In this document: positions 1-9,646 of the stretch, one piece after another | Layout of the letters: each line of letters starts with the position of its first letter | Position numbering within the stretch: position 1 is the first letter of the stretch | Assembly (NCBI RefSeq): GCF_000186885.1 | Contig: NC_014972.1 | Location: 1,890,001 to 1,922,000 of the forward strand | Length of the DNA: 32,000 nucleotides | Direction of reading: 5' to 3' | Source: Desulfobulbus propionicus DSM 2032 | GTDB lineage: Bacteria > Desulfobacterota > Desulfobulbia > Desulfobulbales > Desulfobulbaceae | Made by a program: the position numbers and the translations under genes | The notes under the pieces: generated by a model | Database searches by the model: none | The model's input: the letters and a program-made list of their open reading frames with translations, nothing else | What the model was told of the DNA's origin: nothing

Positions 1-2
1 CC

Positions 3-173
3 AAATGCGCCCGCCACACCCCGGGCATCGGTCTGGCGAGCATGCGGGAGCGGGTTCAATACGTCAAGGGCGAGTTCACCATCCAGTCCGAACCTGGACA
101 GGGAACGGTGATCGAACTGTCCATTCCCCTGCAGAGGGTGGAGTATGAAAAAACCAAGAATACTGTTGGCTGA
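3..173 (+). CDS. C-terminal end of a sensor histidine kinase (5' truncated by window edge)
   Basis: Open frame from the window edge to TGA at 171-173 reads ...HTPGIGLASMRERVQYVKGEFTIQSEPGQGTVIELSIPL..., the end of a HATPase_c domain (G2 box GIGLASMRERV). It overlaps the start of the downstream response regulator. Confidence 0.85.
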   Translation, partial: KCARHTPGIGLASMRERVQYVKGEFTIQSEPGQGTVIELSIPLQRVEYEKTKNTVG

Positions 174-783
174 TGACCATCGCATGGTGGCCGAGGGGCT
201 GCGCGGCCTGCTGGAGCCGGACTATCAACTGGTCGGCATCGTCGAGGATGGCCGGGCCCTGCTTGAGGCGGCGGACCGGCTCATGCCCGACGTGGTGGTG
301 GCGGATGTCTCCATGCCGCTGCTGAACGGGATCGAGGCGGTACGGCAGCTCAAGAAGAAAAACAAGGAAATCGCGGTGGTCTTTCTCACCATGCACCTCG
401 ATGTCGCCTACGCGGCCAGTGCCTTCGAAGCCGGCGCCTCGGGATATGTGCTCAAACATTCGGCTCCGTCGGAGCTGCTGGTCGCCATCGGCAGCGCGCT
501 CAAGGGACGAACCTACATCACGCCGTTGCTGGCCGGTGAACTGCTCAACTACCAGCGCAACCGGCCCAGCGGCGACCAAGAGGGCGGGGTTGCCCGTCTG
601 ACCGCACGCCAGCGCGAGGTGCTGCAGTTGATTGCCGAGGGACTTTCGGTCAAGGAGGCCGCCGCCGTGCTCGGTATTTCCTCCCGCACGGTGGAGTTTC
701 ATAAATACAGCATGATGGAGATCTTGGGACTGAAAAGTTCAGCTGAATTGATGCGCTTTGCCGTCGAACACGGCATCAAGTGA
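145..783 (+). CDS. NarL/FixJ (LuxR-HTH) family response regulator
   Basis: N-terminal receiver KKPRILLADDHRMVAEGLRGLL...VVVADVSMPLLNGIEAV and C-terminal HTH LTARQREVLQLIAEGLSVKEAAAVLGISSRTVEFHKYSMMEILG. Overlaps the upstream kinase end. Confidence 0.95.
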   Translation: MKKPRILLADDHRMVAEGLRGLLEPDYQLVGIVEDGRALLEAADRLMPDVVVADVSMPLLNGIEAVRQLKKKNKEIAVVFLTMHLDVAYAASAFEAGASGYVLKHSAPSELLVAIGSALKGRTYITPLLAGELLNYQRNRPSGDQEGGVARLTARQREVLQLIAEGLSVKEAAAVLGISSRTVEFHKYSMMEILGLKSSAELMRFAVEHGIK

Positions 784-910
784 ATCGGCGGTCGAGGCGG
801 ACGGAAGGCAAAGAAAACCTGCTCAAACAAATGACTGCTTGAGCAGGAAGGAGAGAGGGGCGTTCCAAGGGACTGCCTGCATGCCGCGCCCCCTGCACCA
901 TGCACTCTGA

Positions 911-940
911 CAACCGCCCGGCCCAATCGCCGGGCGGTTG
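911..940. terminator. Perfect 12-bp hairpin between convergent genes; possible bidirectional terminator
   Basis: CAACCGCCCGGC - CCAATC - GCCGGGCGGTTG. It lies between the 145..783 (+) and 950..1885 (-) genes. No long T tract follows it. Confidence 0.55.
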
Positions 941-949
941 TGTTATGGC

Positions 950-1885
950 TCAAAAGCTCCAGATTTTCCCCAGCTTGATCTCGATGCGGATATCATCGGA
1001 GGCGGTGGCCACGTCGTAATCCCGCACCACCGGAACAAACAGACCCGCGCCCAGCCACATATTCCATTGCGGCATCACATAGTTGGCCGTTGGGCCCACA
1101 TACACTTCAGTGGCGTCATTGTTCATATCCCTGCCGGCGCGTTCCCACGAGCGGCAGTTTTCAGCGGTGAATTCCAGACCGATGTCGAAATGCGGATTGA
1201 ACACGTAATGGTAGCTGCCGGTCATGGTCCAGGCGGTATCCTTTTTCACCCCCTGGTTGCCGGTTTCGGTCGGTTGCACAAAGCCCAGGTCCCAGTCCAC
1301 CCGGTGCTTGGGATGCCAGACCTTGGTGACGCCGATCTTGGCATTGTAGGACCAGACATCGCCGCCAACCGGATGATCCGGGCCTTCCTGGCCGGTGGGC
1401 ATGTTGACGCCCAGGGTGGCGGCCAGGCTCAGAGGATCGCCCAGCCGCTGGGACATGATGGCGTAGGAGGCGCCCAGGGCGAAATCTGTCGGCCCATCGA
1501 TGCGATCCGAAGCTAAGTTGCCGTAGGCGTCGCGGTGATTGTTGATGTATCCCGGCACAAAGGCGATCTCGACCCGCTCGGTGAGGCCGTAGCGCAGCTT
1601 GAGCAGGTACAGTTCGCTCTCCATGGTCCTGGCGCCAAAGCCGGCGTCGTCGACGATGTCATCCTTGTCTCGATAGGAAAAATTCAACGCGCTCAGCAGC
1701 AGCCCCTTGGGCACCAGTCCGCCGCCGCTGATGGCGGAGTTGACCGGCGTGCCGCTCAGTCCTCCCATCTTTTCCGTTTGCGGCTGTTCGGTCACTGTGC
1801 TGTCCGCAGCCGCCGCATGCATGGCTGTCAGACAGGAGAGCATCATGCAGCAAACGAATGCCTGGTGTGTTTTCTTTTCAATCAT
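950..1885 (-). CDS. Outer-membrane beta-barrel protein, probable transporter (MetA-pathway-of-phenol-degradation-like)
   Basis: Signal peptide MIEKKTHQAFVCCMMLSCLTAMHAAAA followed by alternating aromatic/polar beta strands (YKLLKLRYGLTERVEIAFVPGY-like segments, WNMWLGAGLFVPVV). Ends in a terminal aromatic residue (KIWSF). The start was moved inside the longer ORF to the signal-peptide Met. Confidence 0.65.
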   Translation of the reverse strand: MIEKKTHQAFVCCMMLSCLTAMHAAAADSTVTEQPQTEKMGGLSGTPVNSAISGGGLVPKGLLLSALNFSYRDKDDIVDDAGFGARTMESELYLLKLRYGLTERVEIAFVPGYINNHRDAYGNLASDRIDGPTDFALGASYAIMSQRLGDPLSLAATLGVNMPTGQEGPDHPVGGDVWSYNAKIGVTKVWHPKHRVDWDLGFVQPTETGNQGVKKDTAWTMTGSYHYVFNPHFDIGLEFTAENCRSWERAGRDMNNDATEVYVGPTANYVMPQWNMWLGAGLFVPVVRDYDVATASDDIRIEIKLGKIWSF

Positions 1886-2318
1886 CCAACCCTCCATTGT
1901 GTCAAAAATACCGTGGCAACATGAATCGTGCAGGAACGGCTGGCCAAATTCGACCAACAGGGGTGCCGTTCGTTGGCCCACTAAACCAAAGCAGAGGGAG
2001 GAGAACAGCTCGCAAATTTACCAGGATTTGGAAATATTCTTCCCAATATGACCGGCAGACAGGCAGCCATCACTTTGCTCTGTGTGATTGAATCGGGGGA
2101 GGGGAGGGCGGTCGTGAACGCGCGTCATGGACCAGGGCGATGCTCTTCTTTGGGTGATTCCTTGGCCGATTGGGAAATTCACTCAAATGAAAGCATGCGA
2201 AATCAAATAAATGAAGATGGTTGACCGCTGTCTTTCCAAGAGGGGCGCAAACAAGGGGAGGGGGCGGAAAAGCCTTGAGTGCCCGCATTTTACACCTGAT
2301 CCGCTCATTTTTTTTCCT

Positions 2319-2346
2319 TTGACAAAGAAATCTTTTTTTATTTTAG
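2319..2346 (+). promoter_or_regulatory. Possible promoter of the HU-like gene (-35 TTGACA; -10 ambiguous)
   Basis: Perfect TTGACA at 2319-2324, then an AT-rich tract ending TTTTAG at 16-nt spacing. About 80 nt upstream of the HU-like ATG. The -10 match is weak. Confidence 0.3.
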
Positions 2347-2426
2347 TTTCGGCGTTGTCAACAGATGCCGCGTCAGGAACGAGAGCCTGGCTGTTGTGGC
2401 AATGGTCAAAACTCTGGGAGGGAAGA

Positions 2427-2699
2427 ATGAATAAAAAGGAACTGGTTGAGTCCATGGCGGAGGCGGCAGAAATCAGTAAGGCCGCGGCCGAAAAAGCGCT
2501 GAATGGAATGCTTATGGCTGTCTCTGACGCACTGGCCAAGGGAGACAAGGTAACCCTGGTTGGCTTCGGAACATTTTCCACCGTCAAACGCACCGAACGC
2601 AAAGCGAAAAATCCTCGTACCGGTGCAATGATCGAAATCCCCTCCAAAACGATCGCCAAGTTCAAACCGGGCAGCAAACTGTCTGACGCTGTCAACTAA
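2427..2699 (+). CDS. HU/IHF-family DNA-binding protein
   Basis: MNKKELVESMAEAAEISKAAAEKALNGMLMAVSDALAKGDKVTLVGFGTFSTVKRTERKAKNPRTGAMIEIPSKTIAKFKPGSKL is a full-length HU signature (GFGTF...R.ARNP.TG). RBS-like GGGAGGGAAG upstream. Confidence 0.95.
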   Translation: MNKKELVESMAEAAEISKAAAEKALNGMLMAVSDALAKGDKVTLVGFGTFSTVKRTERKAKNPRTGAMIEIPSKTIAKFKPGSKLSDAVN

Positions 2700-2721
2700 C
2701 GGTCCTTTTCATCGACGGGTG

Positions 2722-2751
2722 AAAAACAGCTGACGGTCGTCAGCTGTTTTT
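2722..2751 (+). terminator. Rho-independent terminator of the HU-like gene
   Basis: AAAAACAGCTGAC-GGTC-GTCAGCTGTTTTT, perfect 13-bp arms ending in a T run, 22 nt after the HU stop. Confidence 0.88.
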
Positions 2752-2923
2752 GTTTGTACCTTCCCAGCCTGGTCATGGTTGTCGTGTTCATGCGATTCCT
2801 GAACATTCCGTTCATGTCGAGAAGAGTAAAAAAAATCGATGAAAAGGGCTGGACACGAAGAACAAACCATGCTAAATGGGTAGCCGCATTTGATGGCGAC
2901 ATCTTCTGCGGCACAAAACGGAT

Positions 2924-3000
2924 CGGGAAGTGGCTCAGTCTGGTAGAGCACAGCGTTCGGGACGCTGGGGTCGGAGGTTCGAATCCTCTCTTCCCGACCA
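2924..3000 (+). tRNA. tRNA-Pro(CGG)
   Basis: 77 nt including encoded CCA. Acceptor CGGGAAG/CTTCCCG, D arm GCTC/GAGC, anticodon stem CAGCG/CGCTG with loop TTCGGGA, T arm GGAGG-TTCGAAT-CCTCT. Confidence 0.96.
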
Positions 3001-3044
3001 CTTACACATGATGCACTGGTACAATGCTTACCAATGCTTAGTCA

Positions 3045-3077
3045 AAAAAAGCCTGGGCTTAATGCTCAGGCTTTTTT
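3045..3077 (+). terminator. Rho-independent terminator downstream of tRNA-Pro
   Basis: AAAAAAAGCCTGGGC-TTAAT-GCTCAGGCTTTTTT, 9-bp core stem with one G:U, followed by a T run. Confidence 0.85.
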
Positions 3078-3220
3078 ATTGCCTATCGACAGCCTGGAAA
3101 AAGGTTCGGGTCGTTCTTATACTAGCCCGAACAGACAAGGATTGTGGTCCGTTCCCTTTGCCGCGATCGGATGCACAACGGGTTATGTGATGTGCATAAA
3201 CATGCAAGGAGTGCCCTGCC

Positions 3221-3664
3221 GTGAATACCATGATCGTCTGCCCCGGATGCGGGGCCAAAAACAGAATTCCCCCGGAAAAGCAGCACCTGACCCCCAAATG
3301 CGGCCGGTGCGGCACGTCGCTTGCCGGCGCGCCGGTGTCCGGTCTGGTCAACCCGATCCTCGACGCCCAATTCCATCAGTGGATCGAACGGTCGCCCCTG
3401 CCGGTCCTGCTTGATTTGTATTCGCCCACCTGCGGCCCCTGCCGGACCATCGCCCCGACCATCGAGGCACTGGCCCGCGAGTATGCCGGCCGGCTGCTGG
3501 TGTTCAAACTCGACACCTCGACCCAGCAGATGACCGCGGCCCGATTTCAGATTCGCGGGGTGCCGACCCTGCTGTTTTTCAAGGAAGGGCAGATGGTCGA
3601 TCAGTTGGTCGGCGCCGTTCCTCGTACGGAAATTGAACAGCGGATCCTTTCCCTGTTGCGGTAA
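3221..3664 (+). CDS. trxC: Thioredoxin with N-terminal zinc ribbon (thioredoxin-2 / TrxC type)
   Basis: N-terminal CPGCGAKNRIP...PKCGRCG zinc ribbon, thioredoxin fold with YSPTCGPCRTIAPTIEALA and RGVPTLLFFKEGQ (cis-Pro). The Trp of WCGPC is Thr here. Confidence 0.85.
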   Translation: MNTMIVCPGCGAKNRIPPEKQHLTPKCGRCGTSLAGAPVSGLVNPILDAQFHQWIERSPLPVLLDLYSPTCGPCRTIAPTIEALAREYAGRLLVFKLDTSTQQMTAARFQIRGVPTLLFFKEGQMVDQLVGAVPRTEIEQRILSLLR

Positions 3665-3695
3665 GCTGTTCGCCGTTTGTTGGCTTCATCTCCTC

Positions 3696-4901
3696 ATGCC
3701 GCCTCAACCACCAGCGCCGCCGATTGACCTGCCCTTTGGTCCGGGGACAGCTCCCCTCAGTCGGCAGGGCGAAGAAAGGGGGCGGTTTTTGTTTGTCGAT
3801 GCGATGCGCGGTCTGGCCATGATGGTCATGATCGAGGTGCACACGATCAACAGCCTGATGCAGCCCGGATACCGCCGGGTTACCTGGTTTGGTCTGCTCG
3901 ATTTTCTCAACGGCCTGGTGGCCCCCGCCTTTCTCTTTGTCGCCGGTTTTGCCTTTCTCCTGGCCAACGAACGCTGCCGTGACGAGCTGGGCACTGGCGG
4001 GCCGCCGCTGATGCGCACCGTGGGGCGGATCGGCCTGATCTGGCTGACCGGCTACCTGCTCCATATTCCGTACTTTTCGCTCCACGATTGGCACCAGTTG
4101 GCCACCCCTGAACAGTGGCGGCAGTTTTTCAGCGTCGATGTGCTGCAGTGCATCGCCTGTGGCCTGTCGATCCTTCTGGGCGCGCGCCTGCTGGCTAACA
4201 ATGAGCGAACCTTTTCCCTGACCATCGGTCTGCTGCTCTGTTTGGCGGTGCTGCCGGCCCCTTGGGTCTACCGGACCGATCTTGGTTGGCTGCCGTTCGG
4301 GGTGGCCGCCTATCTTCGCCCCCTCGGCTCGACGCTCTTTCCCCTGCTACCCTGGTTCGGCTTCATGGCCGCAGGGGTGCTGGCCGGCCGTCTGTTTCTC
4401 GACGCGCGGCAAAGGGGCGACGAAAATCGCTGGGTGGCGAGGATGGCCCTGTTGGGCACGGGACTGAGCGCAGTCAGTCTGCCGTTGCTCTTTGTGCTCA
4501 AGGACCAGCTGGGATGGATTGTCGACGAGCGTCCCCATCTGCTGTTTTTCACCGGCCGGCTCGGTTGCGTTCTCCTGCTGCTGGCTCTTTGTCACTTGGT
4601 GTGTCACGGAAAGACACGGGGTATTTCCCTGCTGCGTTACTCCAGCCGGGAATCGCTCATGGTGTACTTCGTCCATTTGCAGATCCTCTACCGGCCGTTC
4701 TGGGAGGGCAAGTCATTGGTGATGCGGGTTGGGCAGCAGTATAGCCTTGTCGCCTCGCTGGGCATGGCCCTGCTGCTCGTCAGTCTGATGCTGCCCCTGG
4801 CCTGGGGCTGGCATCGGGTCAAGCAGCGCTATCGGCGTGCCAGCCGTCACCTGCTGCACCTCGTCCTGGTGGGCGGCACCGTTCTGTTTCTCGTTGGTTG
4901 A
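3696..4901 (+). CDS. Polytopic membrane protein, DUF1624 / heparan-alpha-glucosaminide N-acetyltransferase-like
   Basis: RFLFVDAMRGLAMMVMIEVHTINSLM...FLNGLVAPAFLFVAGFAFLLA, multiple TM helices and HLLFFTGRLGCVLLLLALCH. Matches remembered DUF1624/COG3503 features. Confidence 0.6.
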   Translation: MPPQPPAPPIDLPFGPGTAPLSRQGEERGRFLFVDAMRGLAMMVMIEVHTINSLMQPGYRRVTWFGLLDFLNGLVAPAFLFVAGFAFLLANERCRDELGTGGPPLMRTVGRIGLIWLTGYLLHIPYFSLHDWHQLATPEQWRQFFSVDVLQCIACGLSILLGARLLANNERTFSLTIGLLLCLAVLPAPWVYRTDLGWLPFGVAAYLRPLGSTLFPLLPWFGFMAAGVLAGRLFLDARQRGDENRWVARMALLGTGLSAVSLPLLFVLKDQLGWIVDERPHLLFFTGRLGCVLLLLALCHLVCHGKTRGISLLRYSSRESLMVYFVHLQILYRPFWEGKSLVMRVGQQYSLVASLGMALLLVSLMLPLAWGWHRVKQRYRRASRHLLHLVLVGGTVLFLVG

Positions 4902-4919
4902 CCACCACCTTCGTGCTGG

Positions 4920-6341
4920 CTATTGCTCCGCCGCACCGTCCGCATGGGAAGAGGACTGCCCTGGCCGACGGGTTTCACCGCCCAGGGCCTTGGCCAGGGT
5001 AATATGGTTTTGCAGTTGATTGAAGCGGTTCTCCGCCAGGTTGATTTCCGCCTGCCGCCGGTCTTCCTGGGCATCGAGCCAGGATTTGAGCGCGCTGCCT
5101 CCTGCCTGGTAGCGGATTCGATACAGTTCTTCGGTTCGCTTGGCCGCTGCCAGGGTCTGTTGCAGTTTTTCTTCCTCCATCCGGTACTGCTGGCGGGCCG
5201 AGAGACTGTTCTCCACCTCCGCCAGGGCACGGTAGAGCGTCTGGCGAAATTCGAGCACCGCCTGTTCGTATTCGGCCTCGGCAATCTTGATGGTGCGGCG
5301 CATGTCCCGCCACTGGATAAAGGGCAGGGCCAGTTCCGCCCCCAGGGCGGCAATAGGATTGCTCAACAGACGGGAAAGCTCCTCGCTGCTGCCGCCAAAG
5401 GAACCGCTGAGGCTGATGGCCGGGTAATAGGAAGCGCGGGTGGCGTCGCTGCTGGCCAGCAGCGATCGCAGCCGGGCTTCAGCGGCGCGCAGATCCGGCC
5501 GCCTGGCGAGCAGGGAGGCCGGCAGACCGGCCTCCACTCCCGGCAGGATGACGGTAGTCAAGTCTTGCGGTTCACGGATGGCCAGACTTTGCGGCGGCCC
5601 GTCAAAGAGGATGGCCAGACTGTTGCGGGCCTCGACCCGTTGCTGAACGAGACTGGTGTGGCTTGCCTCCTGACTTGCCAGACTGCGCTCTGCCTCCAGG
5701 ATTTCCAGGGTCGTGACTGCCCCCGCCGCCTTCTGCACCCGTACCAGTTCAAGGGTACGGCGGGCATAGGCGATGCTGGCCTCGGACAGGGAGATGCGTT
5801 GATTGAGATAGCCGATCTGCCAGTAGAGCGAGGCGGTCGTGCCCACCAGGGAGAGGGCCGTGCTGGCGCGGTCCTCGTCCGTGGCCACCGCTTGCCAGCG
5901 GGCCGCGTCAGAAGTACTGCCCAGCCTGTTCCACAGATCCAGTTCATATCCAACCGCGGCCGAGACGGCAACGGTGCGGGTTTCACCGCTTTTCGCCCCC
6001 AGATTGCGGCTGTAGTCCGTGCTGCCGCCCACGGCCAGGCTTGGCAGCCGGTCACTGTCCGCCAGTTCCGCCTGGAGTGCGGCCTTGCGCACCAGCACGG
6101 TGGCCGCGGCCAGGTCATTGTTGCGCCGCAGCGCCTCGCCGACCAGCTGGTTGAGCACCGGATCATCGAACCCTTCCCACCAACGGTCCGCCAACACTTT
6201 GCCGACCTCGGACCGATGCGTCCACGAGGCCGGCAGACGCGCCTCGGGGGTGGTGTAGGGGGTGTGGGTCAGGGCACCGCAGCCGCTCAGGACAAGAACC
6301 ACCAACGCGGTGCTGAAATATTTGCCAGAAATTGGACGCAT
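4920..6341 (-). CDS. Outer-membrane efflux lipoprotein (TolC-like, NodT/OprM family)
   Basis: Lipobox VLVLSGCGALTHTPYTTP; repeated outer-membrane efflux elements (LWNRLGSTSDAARW, LVGTTASLYWQIGYLNQRISL, ARRPDLRAAEARLRS). ATG at 6341 is preceded by GGGAG and fits better than the overlapping GTG at 6350. Confidence 0.9.
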   Translation of the reverse strand: MRPISGKYFSTALVVLVLSGCGALTHTPYTTPEARLPASWTHRSEVGKVLADRWWEGFDDPVLNQLVGEALRRNNDLAAATVLVRKAALQAELADSDRLPSLAVGGSTDYSRNLGAKSGETRTVAVSAAVGYELDLWNRLGSTSDAARWQAVATDEDRASTALSLVGTTASLYWQIGYLNQRISLSEASIAYARRTLELVRVQKAAGAVTTLEILEAERSLASQEASHTSLVQQRVEARNSLAILFDGPPQSLAIREPQDLTTVILPGVEAGLPASLLARRPDLRAAEARLRSLLASSDATRASYYPAISLSGSFGGSSEELSRLLSNPIAALGAELALPFIQWRDMRRTIKIAEAEYEQAVLEFRQTLYRALAEVENSLSARQQYRMEEEKLQQTLAAAKRTEELYRIRYQAGGSALKSWLDAQEDRRQAEINLAENRFNQLQNHITLAKALGGETRRPGQSSSHADGAAEQ

Positions 6342-6346
6342 TGGAA

Positions 6347-8302
6347 TCACTCCCGCGACAGGGCCACCACCGGATCGAGGCGGGCGGCATTGCGCGCCGG
6401 CAGAAATCCGAACAGCACGCCGATGAAGGTTGAACAGAGAAAGGCGCTGACAATGGCACTGGTGGAATAGATCAGCTTGAAATCGCTGCCGGAAAAGGTG
6501 ACCGCCACCCCAAGGCCCAACGCCAGGCCAATGCCGAGAAAGCCGCCGAGCAAGCAGACCAACACCGCCTCAATGAGAAACTGCTGCATGATGTCGCTGT
6601 GACGGGCGCCCACGGCCATGCGTACCCCGATCTCCTGGGTGCGCTCGGTCACCGAAACGAGCATGATGTTCATCACGCCGATGCCGCCTACCAGCAGTGA
6701 AATCAAGGCGATGGAAGAGATCAGCAGGGTCATGGTCTGGGTGGTTTTCTCAATGGTCTGGCGGATGGAATCGAGGTTGGATACGAAAAAATCCTTGGTT
6801 CCGTGGCGCTGGGTGAGCAGTTTGACCACGCTTTGCTCGGCCACCGCGCTCGACACGCTGTCGGCCACCCGCACGGTGATCGAGCGCAGATACTGCTGGC
6901 CGGTCAGTCGATGCATGGCCGTGGTATAGGGAACCCACAGATTGAGCGTGTCGGTGTCGCCGAAATTGGAATCCATTTTCTTGGTCACCCCGATCACCCG
7001 GCAGGGAACCTTGCCCAGCATGATGACCTGACCCAACACCTCGTTGGGGGTGTCGGCGAACAGAGCGCGGCGGGTGTTCTGGTCGATGACCACGTCCTGG
7101 GCGCTCGCCCGCACGCTGGCGCGGTCAAACAACTGCCCCTCGGCCAGTTCCATGCCGCGTACCCGGAAATAGTGCTCGCCCACCCCGTTGACCTGGGCGG
7201 TGACGCTGACGCTGCGGTGGATCAGGGTGACCGATTTGGTGACTACCGGGGTGACGGTGTCCACATAGGGCTGTTGGGCCAGGGCATCCGCATCGCGGGG
7301 GATGAGGGTGCGAACTCTGCCCGAACGCATGTCGCCGAAATCCTTGCCCGGATAGATGCTGATGGTGTTGGTGCCCATCGCGCTGATATCCTTGAGGATA
7401 CGCTGGCGGGACCCCTCGCCCAGGGCCACCACCGAAACTACCGAGGCAATGCCGATGATGATGCCGAGCATGGTCAGCAGGGTGCGCAGCCGATGCGAGG
7501 CCATGGCCAGGGTGGCCATGTGAAAGGCCTCGGCAAATCGGTCCCACTGGGCCCGCCACCGGGAGGATTCTCCCGCGGCCTTGGGTGAATGGGCGCCTTT
7601 GTTGCTGTCCGTCCTGATTCGCCGGTCGGCGACGATGGCCCCGTCGCTCAGTTCGATGATCCGGTTGGCGTGCTGAGCCACCTGCAGATCATGGGTCACG
7701 AGGATGATCGTATGGCCGTCATCGTTGAGTTCCTTGAGGATGGTCATCACCTCGTTGCCGCTGGCCGTGTCCAGGGCGCCGGTGGGCTCGTCGGCCAGAA
7801 TCACCGCGCCGCCGTTCATCAGGGCTCGGGCGATGGAGACCCGCTGCTGCTGGCCGCCGGACAGCTTGCCCGGCACGTGTTCCATGCGGTCGGCCATGTT
7901 CAGGCGTGTGAGCAGGGCCGCCGCCCGTGCCAGGCGATCCCGGCTGTTCATTCCGGCATAGATGGCCGGAATCTCGACGTTGGCCAGGGCGTTGAGGTTG
8001 CCCAGCAGGTGGTAGCGCTGAAAGATGAAACCAAAATGCTCACGGCGCAGAAACGCCAGCTCGTCCGGCGCAAGTTGGCCGGTTTCCTGACCGTTGACCC
8101 GATACACGCCCCGGCTGGGCCGATCGAGGCAGCCGATGATGTTCATCAGGGTAGACTTGCCCGAACCGGAAGTACCGACAATGGCCACCATCTCGCCGGC
8201 CTCGATGGTCAGGTCGATGGACTTGAGCACGGTCAGCACCTCGTCGCCGGAGGGATAGTCGCGGCAGACGCCCCGCAGTTCGATCAGCGGCGTGGCCATC
8301 AC
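6347..8302 (-). CDS. macB: MacB-type ABC exporter: fused ATPase, 4-TM FtsX-like permease and periplasmic domain
   Basis: Walker [10 protein letters not shown], signature [16 protein letters not shown], Walker [37 protein letters not shown], and C-terminal [25 protein letters not shown]. The protein translates continuously, although the + strand ORFs overlap it. Confidence 0.95.
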   Translation of the reverse strand: MMATPLIELRGVCRDYPSGDEVLTVLKSIDLTIEAGEMVAIVGTSGSGKSTLMNIIGCLDRPSRGVYRVNGQETGQLAPDELAFLRREHFGFIFQRYHLLGNLNALANVEIPAIYAGMNSRDRLARAAALLTRLNMADRMEHVPGKLSGGQQQRVSIARALMNGGAVILADEPTGALDTASGNEVMTILKELNDDGHTIILVTHDLQVAQHANRIIELSDGAIVADRRIRTDSNKGAHSPKAAGESSRWRAQWDRFAEAFHMATLAMASHRLRTLLTMLGIIIGIASVVSVVALGEGSRQRILKDISAMGTNTISIYPGKDFGDMRSGRVRTLIPRDADALAQQPYVDTVTPVVTKSVTLIHRSVSVTAQVNGVGEHYFRVRGMELAEGQLFDRASVRASAQDVVIDQNTRRALFADTPNEVLGQVIMLGKVPCRVIGVTKKMDSNFGDTDTLNLWVPYTTAMHRLTGQQYLRSITVRVADSVSSAVAEQSVVKLLTQRHGTKDFFVSNLDSIRQTIEKTTQTMTLLISSIALISLLVGGIGVMNIMLVSVTERTQEIGVRMAVGARHSDIMQQFLIEAVLVCLLGGFLGIGLALGLGVAVTFSGSDFKLIYSTSAIVSAFLCSTFIGVLFGFLPARNAARLDPVVALSRE

Positions 8303-9522
8303 ATCATTCCCGGCATCGGGCCGCGCCGTCGCATGGTGGTGGCTGGAGCCGCGGCCGCGCTGACCTGCTCGCCGATCACCACCCGCTGTCCCTCGGTCAG
8401 CCCGTCCACCACCTCGGCCTGGACATTGTTATTGAGGCCGATTTGCACCCACTGTTCGTTGAAGGTGTTGGGTCCGGTTTCGACCCGCACCTGATAGCGC
8501 CCCTCCTTGTCCTTTGTTCCCAACGCGGCGGAGGGAATCGTCAACACGTTCTTGGCCTCGGCCAGGACAATGTTCACCTGGGTGGTCATGGAGATGCGCA
8601 GCTTGCCGTCGGGGTTGGGCACCTCCAGGATGCCCATGTAATAAATGGCGGTGCTCGATGAGCTGGAAGAGGCGGATGAACTGGAGGACGTGCTATCGTC
8701 GTTTTCTATGGACTCCGGCGCCGGTTCGATGGATTGCAGCACCGCTGGATACTGACGGTCCGGTTCGCCAAGGATGGTGAAATAGACCCGCTGTCCCGGT
8801 TGGACCCGGACCACGTCCGCCTCGGAAATCTCGACCTTGATGGTCATCCGGTCGAGTCGGGCCACCTTGATGATGGTCGGCGCGGTCTGATTGGCGTTGA
8901 CCGTCTGTCCTTCCTTGGTGACGATGGCCACCACCACGCCGTCGATGGGCGAGCTGATCTTGGTATAGCCCAGATCAAGCTGGGCGGTATCGACGGCGAT
9001 CTTGGCCTGTTCGATCTGGGCGTCCAGGGCGGTGATTTCCGCCCGCAACACCTGCAAGGTTGCCTCGGCGGCCTCGAAATCCTCGCGGGAAGCGGCATCA
9101 CCCCGCAGCATCAGGCTTTGACGTTTGTAGGCCAGCTCCGCCTGTTTCAGCGATGCCTCCTTGGCCTGCTTTTCGGCACGCACCGCTGCCAGCGCCGCGG
9201 TTTGGGTGCGCAGGGTATTCTGCTGCGGCAAACTGTCGATCTCCGCCACCAACTGCCCGGCCTTGACCGTGTCGCCCAGTTCCACCTTGAGCGACTTGAG
9301 CTGTCCGGACACCTGGGCGCCGACACTGACCATGTTTTCCGATTCCACCGTGCCGCTGGCCAGCACCGTGGTTTCGAGGTCGCCCCGGGACACGGGCGCG
9401 GTCATGTAGCCGGGCTGTTTGTCGCGGCCAAAATAATACAAGGCTCCGCCGGCAACCGCCAGCACGAGCAGGGCGGCGGGCAGCAGATAACGCCAGCGGG
9501 ATCGTTTCTGTAGGGTCTTCAT
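8299..9522 (-). CDS. macA: MacA/HlyD-family periplasmic adaptor
   Basis: N-terminal [56 protein letters not shown], long coiled coil, [26 protein letters not shown]. Its stop overlaps the macB start. Confidence 0.93.
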   Translation of the reverse strand: MKTLQKRSRWRYLLPAALLVLAVAGGALYYFGRDKQPGYMTAPVSRGDLETTVLASGTVESENMVSVGAQVSGQLKSLKVELGDTVKAGQLVAEIDSLPQQNTLRTQTAALAAVRAEKQAKEASLKQAELAYKRQSLMLRGDAASREDFEAAEATLQVLRAEITALDAQIEQAKIAVDTAQLDLGYTKISSPIDGVVVAIVTKEGQTVNANQTAPTIIKVARLDRMTIKVEISEADVVRVQPGQRVYFTILGEPDRQYPAVLQSIEPAPESIENDDSTSSSSSASSSSSSTAIYYMGILEVPNPDGKLRISMTTQVNIVLAEAKNVLTIPSAALGTKDKEGRYQVRVETGPNTFNEQWVQIGLNNNVQAEVVDGLTEGQRVVIGEQVSAAAAPATTMRRRGPMPGMM

Positions 9523-9581
9523 GGCAAGGTCTGATCAGTGACGGATAAACGGCCAGCCTCGATGCGCAGAGGCGAGCTGAA

Positions 9582-9607
9582 GCGCTTCTCCAGCTGTGGA
9601 GAAGCGC
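9582..9607. other. Perfect 10-bp inverted repeat in the gap upstream of macA
   Basis: GCGCTTCTCC-AGCTGT-GGAGAAGCGC. No T tract on either side. Confidence 0.6.
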
Positions 9608-9646
9608 ACGGACGTTTTGCACAATAGGGCAGAATGGCTGAAATGC

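Noticed and set aside
3025-3040. Short direct repeat CAATGCTTAC / CAATGCTTAG after the tRNA
   Set aside because: Only two ~9-nt copies in low-information spacer; more likely chance than a regulatory or mobile signature.
2924-3080. tRNA-Pro as a possible integration site of a mobile element
   Set aside because: No integrase, no attachment-site duplication of the tRNA 3' end seen in the window, and the flanking genes are housekeeping-like.
4923-6470. 515-aa plus-strand ORF
   Set aside because: Antisense shadow of the TolC-like gene in high-GC DNA. The minus-strand frame has a lipobox and family motifs.
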